A model generated the notes under the pieces. The model ran no database searches. It was not told the origin of the DNA and saw only the letters and a program-made list of their open reading frames with translations. A stretch of 64,000 nucleotides of DNA. It comes from Mytilus edulis. Taxonomy: Eukaryota. Below are positions 1 through 10,000 of this stretch, in pieces. The stretch lies in contig NC_092350.1 in NCBI RefSeq assembly GCF_963676685.1, forward strand, positions 18,662,001 through 18,726,000. The letters run 5' to 3'. The stretch's first letter is position 1; every line of letters starts with the position of its first letter. The translations under genes were made by a program, and so were the position numbers.

Positions 1-2004
1 ACGCGTAAGATAATACACTACCTAATTACACATCAAATCATATCTTCCGCCGTATTGTACATTCTTCTGATGTCGACTTGTATTACATACTATTGTTTCT
101 GTGAATAGAAATAGCTGTAAAAAAAACCCAAAGAGATGTATTCGAATTAAAAAAAACTGTTATTTCCAATAATTCCGTCCCATAATAAAATGCGGTAAAA
201 CACTTGTTTTTTTTTTTAGTTATTATTATTACAAATAAAAGAGATATATATGCAATTACTATCATTGCGACAGCAACCTAACGGTACAAAAAATATATAT
301 AAAACTCATCTGAATAGAAAAATAGACGAGACAACATGTCAAGCACCAAAAATCGAATCTAAAATGTTGAGAATTTATCCGAGACTATATTTAAGATCTG
401 ATATATATATATATGAGCACCAAATTCTCTTATTGGCAGCAGGTACTTGAGGACAGGACTATTTTGATTTGCCGTACCCCTTTTTACCTTTTAATTTTAA
501 ATATTTTCAAGTTTTCTTTGTTAGTCTTACATAGATAATATATACTAGAAATCATATGTGTTTACTATATTAACTATATCAATTGCTAGTGTTAAAACTG
601 TCCAAAGGGAGCACTGATAATATACATACTTAAAATTGAGAATGGAAATAGGGAATATGTCAGAGACAAAAACCCGATCAAACAGCCGAAGGCCACTTGC
701 ATGCATATACTAGAAAAAAAATTGTTGCCCAAAAGCAATAACTAATATGAAATATATCTTTTAATAAATGTAGGCATGAGATTGCTGACATTGTTTTACC
801 TCACATATTTCTTTTTACAAGCGGTGTAGTCTTGGCGGCCTGTTAAAAAAACCTAGTAGTTTCAAGGTATGCACTCTTCCAAGATCTTACTTATATCAGC
901 CTTTGTTATAAACATAAAAAAAAATTGACAATAAATGTAGGTACGAGGGGGCTTACAATGTAATGTTCAATATAAAGTTAATTCAAAGATGCATGACTGC
1001 GTTGATTTTTGAACTCACCAAAGATGTTGCAGATATAAATTAAGCCTATGATATAAATTTAATAAAAATCCTACCAGAAATGTAGGTGTGACAGCTTTAC
1101 AATGCAATTTTCTATATAATTAATATCTCCATGATGCAGAACTCTTTTGGAAAAAAATGATCGGCACTAGTTTTGGAACTATTCAAGACATTACCCATAT
1201 TATAACCTTTGATATAGATTTCATAAATATTTTGCAACATTCACAGGCACTTGTCTCAGAAAAAAAAGTGTTATATTAAGGTATATAGGGGAAACAATTC
1301 TGAGACAAGTACCTGTGGGGAAATAAAATTTTGAATAAAATTTACATTTCCAAGGAACATTACTCTTAAAAATAACCAATGCTGAAAACGTGCGGGGACA
1401 ATACAATTTGTTTACTATCAATTTCTAGTTTACTATCCACAGAGGAATCACTATAAATCATTGAAAAACAACATTGAGTTTACACCAAGAAGGTTTTCGA
1501 TAAATTCGTCTTGGCTTGTGTAATGGTTAAAGAATGCGCAATCTTACAACCCCTCACACCCGAAACATTGATAAGACGTCCCTTAAAGATACATATACAA
1601 AAATGTATAAAGATGACTATATTTTTTAATATCTTATTTTGAAAGAGGAATAATAAATATCATGAATTTTGATTACATTAAAAAAATCAATCTAACATAA
1701 AGTTTAAAACAATCCTTGATATATAAACGTTTGTTTACCTAACATACTAAAGAAAAATACATTCTCCTTCTAAACATTCCAAAATTATTACATCTTAATT
1801 GCACATCGTTTGAGAACGCAAGGTAAACAGTTGATCATTCTGTTATTTTTAGTATCTCCCTACTACATTTGGATCTGAGTTTCTGATAATAATTCTCTCA
1901 TCTTCTACCACTAATTAAACAAAAAGCAAACGTGCGTGTTTGTGAAACACTTGCAGAAATCACGTTCAACTAACCGGATGCAGAAAGCAGACGATAGTTT
2001 CGAA

Positions 2005-2523
2005 ATGTCCAGCCGTATTGTTCCAGTTAAGCGTTATGATTGGAATTTTTTCGACAAGCAAATGGACATGTTCCCATCTTTCAAAAATGATTTCGACAAA
2101 AATTTTTTCAAGGATACCCAGCATTCAAGTATGGATGAAGAAATAGCAAGGATGAAACGGGAGATGTTCAGCCTGACAACACCCGAGTCAAGTTTGAAAG
2201 TAGATCAACCTTTTGTTCAGGATTTTACAGGAGATAAGAAAATGGCTCTACGGTTTGATTGCAGTCAGTTTAATCCTGAGGAAATTCAAGTAAAAACAAT
2301 GGACAAACAATTAACTGTACATGCCAAACATGAAGAAGTATCACCGGGAAGGAAAGTGTACAGAGAATTCACCAAGTCCTACACTCTACCACAGGATGTT
2401 GACCCTTTGTCATTGAAGTCCAGCTTGACCAACGACGGATTTTTACAGGTTGAAGCACCTGCGCCTAAAACATGTGTTGCAAGGAAGGAAATCTTTATTC
2501 CAATTGAAAAAATGCTTAGGTAA
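2005..2523 (+). CDS. Small heat-shock protein (Hsp20/alpha-crystallin domain), about 172 aa
   Basis: The ORF has alpha-crystallin motifs (FDCSQFNPEEIQVK, LTVHAKHEE, REFTKSYTLP, SSLTNDGFLQVEAP) and a C-terminal IxI motif (IFIPI). ATG at 2005 is preferred; an in-frame ATG at 1978 is the alternative. Confidence 0.93.
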   Translation: MSSRIVPVKRYDWNFFDKQMDMFPSFKNDFDKNFFKDTQHSSMDEEIARMKREMFSLTTPESSLKVDQPFVQDFTGDKKMALRFDCSQFNPEEIQVKTMDKQLTVHAKHEEVSPGRKVYREFTKSYTLPQDVDPLSLKSSLTNDGFLQVEAPAPKTCVARKEIFIPIEKMLR

Positions 2524-3907
2524 ATAATTCGAACTAAATAAGCCAGCAAATGCCAATTATATATAACATGCTGTGTTGGGAACCATCAGTGAGAAATTAT
2601 TTTGACCGTTTCGATGAGGCATTGATATTTTGTACAATATCAGAGATTTTTTTCGACCGATTCTATGATGCATTGATATCTATGTTACACTTTCAGAGAC
2701 TTTGGATAGTGCGCAAAATTTGACAATTATTTCAGCATTTTTTGCAGTTTTTAACTATTTTAACAATTAAAAATATATATGGTTTCGTAATAGCTTTGCA
2801 TATGTTATTGTGCATGTTTTGGACTAGCATTCCTGGATCGGTTTCTTTGAAACGACAATTATTTGAATTCAGTTGTATATGAAAATTAAAATGTATAAGC
2901 AATTATTTGTAAGTATTCTTTTAAAAGAAAAAGAAAAATACATTTTGACACCACCACCACTAGATGTGTTGTTCAGTGAAATTTATAAAAAACAATTTGG
3001 AGCGTTGCTGCCAAAATTTTCCATATTTTAAAGATATAATACCAGTATTGTCTATTCAATATAATTCAGTCATTTTATATTATGAGCCCACGATATATTT
3101 TGAAATTTATGTAATTTCAAGCACAAAGATGTACGCGTATATAATTTAAAAAAAACATACGCATATAAATTATACATCAAAGTATTAACTATATTTGCGT
3201 GTCCGTTGAAAATACAACTTTACAAACTTGAAGTTGAGTAGCTTGTTAGTACCCTCTCCCCCTAAAAAATAAATTAAAAAAAACATTTTTTTTTAATTTG
3301 TCATAACTATATAAACAAAGTTTTATTCCAGATGAGCTAAAACATTGATCCTAATGTAGGTTTTACCAATTATCTATTATTATTTAATGATAAACAGTTA
3401 TTAGAAAACATTTCCTCATCAGCATATATGCAGCTGAAATGGTCCACTTCATTTGAACTTTGCAGGGTAATTGTCAGATTGGCAATCACTCCATATCTCC
3501 TCTGACATTTTTATATGGGATGAAAATTCTAATCAAAATCCCAATAAACTGAGATTTGTCGCGACATTTAGAAGATCTACAAACTAGCAACAGTACAATG
3601 TAGTAGACAGTACTATATGCACTGTTCAGTGTAAGCGAGATATTTACTTTCAGGGTTTAAGGGCATACGATATAGTTTCGATCCCATATTGAAAATGTGC
3701 ATACAAGATAGAGGTGCAACCTTAAGTCAAAGTCAAAAGCAACATCCAATAGCCCTTCGTTGCTATATTGCATACACATATCTACGAATAGAAATTAGCA
3801 AATGCTCAAATCTTCACGACTATTTAAGACTTTTGTACTTCGATATGAAACCAATCATATACAAAATCATATTTGAAGACAGTGCTCAAATACAACTACA
3901 TACTAAA

Positions 3908-4211
3908 ACAAGAATTTGTTCATAGTACACTGATGCCCCATCCGCAGTATCATTTTCTATGTTCATTGGACCGTGAAAATGGGATAAAAACTCTAATTTG
4001 GCATTAAAATTGGAAAGATCATATCATAGGGAACATGTGTACTAAGTTTCAATTGGATTGGACTTCAACTTCTTCAAAAACTACATCGACCAAAAACTTT
4101 AACCTGAAGCGGGACAGACGGACGGACGGGTAACGAACGTACGGACGAACAGACGGACGAACGGACGCACAGACCAGAAAATATACTGCCCATAAATGGG
4201 GCATACAAAAA
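3908..4211 (-). mobile_element. Pearl/Helentron(HINE)-like non-autonomous element, family 1
   Basis: Reverse-complement copy of 32166-32460, with a (GACG/CGTC)n microsatellite, T-rich 5' flank and CTTGT 3' end. Confidence 0.75.
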
Positions 4212-5414
4212 TTTAAATTCATAATGCAGCTTTTCGTCCGATAGGTTCTCTGATGATAGGTTTGGCATATTTAGGTTTATGTTATATAGAAAACCATTAC
4301 ACGTAGAATACATAAGCATATTTAGAGTGGAGCAGGAGGCCTGGCCCTCTTATATAGCTAAATATAAGTGCCATTCCTGACGTCGTCTTGTCGGTTTCCC
4401 CCTTTTAAAATCCTGGATTCGCACCTGCAAATTATTTTTTATAGATAACATAGGGCTTATTGTTGTCGATTACAAATATATTGAACATTTTCATAAATTA
4501 TTGGTTTAATTAATTATTTTTTATTAGGGATTATCGTTGTCGATTTCAAATATATTTGAACATTTTCATAAATATTGCTTTAATTAAAAATTTCCTATAT
4601 AGAAAATATTTTAAGTTATTTAACGATGATATTAAAATATGTTTGCGTTACAGCAATTACAAAAAAAAGCAATAAAGTATGTGCATTTTACGGCTTATTA
4701 ATCACTGTACATCAACTCATTAATTTTCTTCTCGAAAACAATCCAAAGAAGAATGCAAAACAAAATGTCTGTAGTTTCAACAACGCAAATACAATAATCA
4801 AATGTCAGCAGGGAGATATATTGGAAGATAATTACAAACTTTTGATCGAGCTTTTGATGCACGTGGAATATGTATTAATTTTTAATAGTCTACGGTGCAT
4901 CAAACGTTAAGAAAATAGACAGAGTTTACATATCTTGGTACTTCTTATTGTTTTAAGATAAAGTCAACCACTTGCAAAACAGAACAGAACAAAATATCAC
5001 CCACCTCAAAGCCAAAATATCATGAAATAGCGCAACGTTAGATAAAGCAGATTTGTTAGTCTGCCAAATGCACTCGTTATGTTGATTAATTGTTCTGACA
5101 AAAACATACAAAAACACGAGCGTACCCTTGCTCCTGAACTTCCTCATTCTCTGCCTAACGACAGTAATTGATCTTTCTTACATAGATTCTATATAGCAAT
5201 GTCTCGTCACATTGTATATGAAAGTTGACCTTGGGAAGAGATTATAATTGATAAGGAAAGATGCAGCGTTGCGTAATTATTTATAATCGGTTGTCATGCA
5301 TGTACATAGTACGTACTTTTATCATGATAAACAAAATAATAAACACAATCGAATAACAGCAATGTTTGAGCTCTTGTTGTTTTTCATCTCAAGTTATTGT
5401 CCCTTTTCTTTTGC

Positions 5415-5650
5415 AAGTTTTACGGACCCCATCTTGAGTTGGTTGACCGTTATGGAATATCTGTTCACAGATAACGACGGATATGTCAATTGAAATTATT
5501 AAACGTGTTGTTTTCAATTTTTTCCAACTGTCGTAACCACAATCCTGTTCTCTTCAAATATGAAAAACCTGATACACCTTATCACCGGATCTGTAATTAC
5601 ATGAGCACTGTTGAAATAAGACGGGTGCCACATGGAGAGCAGGTTCTTCA
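5415..5650 (+). mobile_element. Degenerate 3' fragment of Naiad-like PLE family B
   Basis: Similar to 45420-45615 (ttttacggac...gttgaccgttatggaat...gacgggtgccacat.gagcagg). Confidence 0.65.
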
Positions 5651-6551
5651 GAAATGCAGAGCAGGATATTTGAATATAAGAAGATGTGGTTTGAGTGAAA
5701 ATGACACAACTTTCAATCAAAATCACAATTCGTAAATGGTCAAAGAACATCCTTCAACAAGGAACCGAACAACAGGTTCCTAACTTATGATCGGTTTTTT
5801 TTTAATTATTATTCAAACAAATGCTGCAGATGTAAACGTTTATACAGGTACCAACCTTCACCCTAACCTGAAACAATATTAGTGTAAAATTACAAAATGA
5901 AAACAAGGAGAGAGATTTGTATGAGTGACTTGTCACTTGTTGTCCAATCCATGTATTGTATTTATGTACTTATTTGTTTATCTTTTACTGAATAATATAT
6001 TGTTTACACTAAAATAAAAACACACTATAAAATAGCAATACCAACTCAATATAAAGGCATATTAACAAAAAACAAGTAAACATACACTCAAGTCTGAACA
6101 AATACATTTGATTTTTGACACAATGTAATTACAACTGGTAGGACTAAGTTGTGATATCTGTTGTCTGTTGTAACATTGGATGAACTAGATCATCTATATA
6201 ATGATTCATCATGTTTGTGATCTGATTATTGAAGTTCAGGGCTGAATTGTAGTAAATTTTGCCAGGCCCAAAGTATAATCAAAATAATTTTTTTTAAAAG
6301 GTGTGAGATGTAAAAAAAAAATATATCAGAATGACAACCACAGGTAAATAAAAAATACTTTTTTTGTAAGGTATACAGGGAATACGGAAATATTTTTTTA
6401 CAAAATGAATAATTGAATTTTATTTGCATACCTTTTTGTATCTGTAGTACCGGCTATCATCCCCGGTTTTTAGAGGTGTCCGTGTTGCTCAGTCTTTAGT
6501 TTGTTTCGTGTTTTGTAGACTATTGTTTTTCTTTTCGTTGTTTTTGTCATA

Positions 6552-6755
6552 ATTTTGTCGGTCACTCTTTGACTGTTATACAGTCCGACTTTTTTTAACT
6601 TTATTTTGTCGGTCACTCTTTGACTGTTATACAATCCGCCTTTTTTAACTTTATTTTGTCGGTCACTCTTTGACTGTTATATAGTCCGACTTTTTTTAAC
6701 TTTATTTTGTCGGTCACTCTTTGACTGTTATACAATCCGCCTTTTTTAACTTTAT
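6552..6755. repeat. Tandem repeat, 4 x 50-51 bp, arranged as an AB-AB dimer
   Basis: Unit attttgtcggtcactctttgactgttata(cagtccgac/caatccgcc)ttttttaacttt, with alternating variants. Confidence 0.9.
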
Positions 6756-6946
6756 TTCCTTTTTTTTTCTATTTTCATATGCAGTTCTTTATCGACTCTT
6801 GTTACATAAAAAATTTCATAATAATTTGTTGATTAATCATTAATTTACGTGCATTATACCATCTACATCGCCAACTAAATCGCTAAAAAGCAAAAGTGAT
6901 TAAAAAACGAGTACGATGAAGACTGATCAGCGATATTCAACTATTG

Positions 6947-6962
6947 TGACGTCATGACATCA
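6947..6962. promoter_or_regulatory. Tandem CRE/ATF-like sites (TGACGTCA + TGACATCA)
   Basis: Perfect CRE palindrome plus an adjacent one-mismatch copy, 60-75 bp upstream of the F-BAR gene ATG. Function is inferred. Confidence 0.45.
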
Positions 6963-7021
6963 CCAAATCAACCGTCTACGTTACGATTATTGTTTAGATA
7001 AATGGACTCGTACGTACAGTG

Positions 7022-10000
7022 ATGGCAATGCAAAAAGCAGAGGCGTTGCCGTTCCTTACAGTAGAAGAGGCGATTAGAAGAAGTAAACAAACATTAAGGT
7101 ATCTTGAATTTATCGTTGTAATGTTATTTGAAAAAAAATAGTACTACATGCATACATTCATTTTTGTATAGGGGTAATACAATGTATCTCATTTTTACTT
7201 TCACATGCATATGTTTTCTTTCTTTGCTAATGCTTGTGTCTATTTGGATAAGGGCGGTAGTTTTATATACAATCATGAAGATTGTAAAATGTATGCTAAA
7301 AACTTTAACTCTATAATGAAATAACTTTAATCTAACAAGGTTTATTAAGGTTGTTTGAAGAACAGAATATTCAGATTCTAAAGGGAAAAAATTGATAATC
7401 TGCCGTGGCTTCGACCTACAAAAAAATGTTAAACAAAACTATGAAAACATTTAAGACTTGTTTGACTTAATAAAAAACCTTTACTAGAAATGCTTAAGAC
7501 CATATTTACATTATTGACTTGCTTTCTTCAAATAAAAAAAAACACATTTTTGCGAGTTAGATCAATAATTGACCTTTCATTGATTAAACCATCAAGATGA
7601 AGAGCAACAATCAAGGTATTGTTCTGTTGATGATAAATACATATAACGAGTTCAGCAGTTGAAAGAGAACGCACGTTTTGATCCAGAAAATATCTCTGGT
7701 ACATGTAGCAATACGCAGCTAAGAAATTATTATAACTTAAAATTGACAATCTGAATTTTAACCACTCTTTTCCGCCTGCTTTTTTGTTGTTGTAATAACT
7801 TAAGGGTTTCTGCTATTATCTGCTCTTTGGTCGGGTTGTTGTCTCTTTGACTTATACCCCATTGGCATTCTCAATTTTATTACCGTTTGTGTCATGCATG
7901 TATATGAAACATGAAATCCAATACTTTAGAAAGTGAAATATTATCTCTTTTGGTGTAATCATGGCAACAATTGAATTTATTTAATAAATTTGAGCGATAC
8001 CTTTTCTGAAACCATTTACAACTATTTTACAAGAGGCCAAATACAAATCATATGCATTTTACCATATTTCTCTATACTTATCAAATTAAAAAGATCGAGC
8101 GTATTTTTCAAAAACATTTTTTGTATATTTACTCAAACTAAAAAAAAAATGATTCGCAAACTAGATATCGATATAGTTATGTAATTTTTGATACTGTACA
8201 ACGTCATAGGTTCCAAGAAGAATTGAGTTTGAGTATATGGGAAAGAGCGAGAATAGAATTGGTGTATATCAGAAATCTTAAAGAATGGATGGTATCTACA
8301 GGAAGCAAGTTAACCCCTATTTTAGGTATTAGAATATGGTATATTATATGAGCTGTGTCGGATTGAAATCGACCTTATGCATATCAACATCGAAAAATCT
8401 GTAAACTAATTTGGATTTTGAAAAAAAATCAAAGAAAAGTCTGAGAATGTTGACAAGTTGAATTGTTAATTATATGTTACAAAACGGACCAAACTTGATC
8501 TTTTATTTCATTGCATTTCGTATACGTATGGTCCATGACCAATCAGAGTCTTTTAAATGTAGATATTTACATACACTTGCATAAAGTCGATTTCTATCCG
8601 ACGCAGCTCATATATAATTGGAGATTATATATTTCATAATACATGTATAGTTACCAGATTTTTAATAGAATTGTCATACATGTAGATTTCTATCATAATG
8701 ATTATATAATGTACTCTAGATCTCACAAACTATCGGTGAAAACATGTCAAAACTATAAGAAATAACATTCTGAAATTTAATAAACTTGGAAAGAAAATAC
8801 GGGTTGGCATTTGCTATACCGAGCGTTAGTTTTACGCACTTATAAAGCACAAAGGTGTCAGTATTCACCTCAGAAACTTACAAAACCTTTGAATAGACTT
8901 ATTAAGAAATATAATTACGATACTGTTGTCAAGTCATTAAAGATTGCATATTTTGGCGTTAATATTGAGTCACTGATAAGGTCTTTGCATCGGAACTAAA
9001 CACATTCATTCTAAAAACAGTTGTTGGCATGACACGGGTTATGTTCTTCTCATATATGTTATGATGGTATGATACTAAACCCCTAACGGGAAGGATTGTG
9101 CCTGATGTTCATATGATGAAATCATAATCTTTCAGTCAGTTTAATTGAAGTCTGGAGCTGGCATGTCAGTTAACTGCTAGTAGTCTGTTGTTATTTATGT
9201 ATTATTGTCATTTTGTTTATTTTCTTTGGTTACATCTTCTGACATCAGACTCGGACTTCTCTTGAACTGAATTTTAATGTGCGTATTGTTATGCGTTTAC
9301 TTTTCTACATTGGTTAGAGGTATAGGGGGAGGGTTGAGATCTCACAAACATGTTTAACCCCGCCGCATTTTTGCGCCTGTCCCAAGTCAGGAGCCTCTGG
9401 CCTTTGTTAGTCTTGTATTATTTTAATTTTAGTTTCTTGTGTACAATTTGGAAATTAGTATGGCGTTCATTATCACTGGACTAGTATATATTTGTTAGGG
9501 GCCAGCTGAAGGACGCCTCCGGGTGCGGGAATTTCTCGCTACATTGAAGACCTGTTGGTGACCCTCTGCTGTTGTTTTTTACTTGGTCGGGTTGTTGTCT
9601 CTTTGACACATTCCCCATTTCCATTCTCAATTTTATTATAATTAATATTGTGCATTGCTATTTACGGAATGACTAAACTTTGTCACACAATCCAATATTT
9701 ATGATATATTGTAACTTTGATCACCATTATTGTATGACATCTTATACTGTTTGTGTCTGATAAGTTGAGTCTTTGTGGCTGGATATTGATTGTTTTATGT
9801 GTAAATATTATAATTCATGTATATGTTTTATGGCAATTAATATGTGACACTTAATAAACAAATTTATATATTGTCACATATTTGCGTTTTGTTTGAATAT
9901 ATTTTTTATAAATATTTTTAACAACATAGACTTTAAATTCTGCTTTAAAATATTTGACGCTATTGTTGTTATAGAAAAGGCAAAAGATTTTACTGATGAA

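Larger units (their letters stand above)
8840..9636 (+). mobile_element. 5'-truncated Naiad-like Penelope retroelement, family A (ORF C-terminus + 3' UTR)
   Basis: Colinear with the longer copy at 51125-52628, which carries PLE-type RT motifs. The ORF ends at TAA 8997-8999 with no C-terminal GIY-YIG. It ends in the family tail ccattctcaattttat. Confidence 0.75.

Noticed and set aside
1480-1935. Heat-shock elements upstream of the sHSP
   Set aside because: Only imperfect nGAAn arrays are visible, and the TSS is unknown.
1936-2004. GTG-initiated N-terminal extension of the sHSP
   Set aside because: Non-ATG start in a eukaryote; probably 5' UTR or intron sequence.
7350-7700. Coding-looking stretches in intron 1 (LFEEQNIQ..., DEEQQSR...ENARFDPEN)
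   Set aside because: They contain stops, lack good splice pairs, and exon 1 joins 8210 in phase without them.
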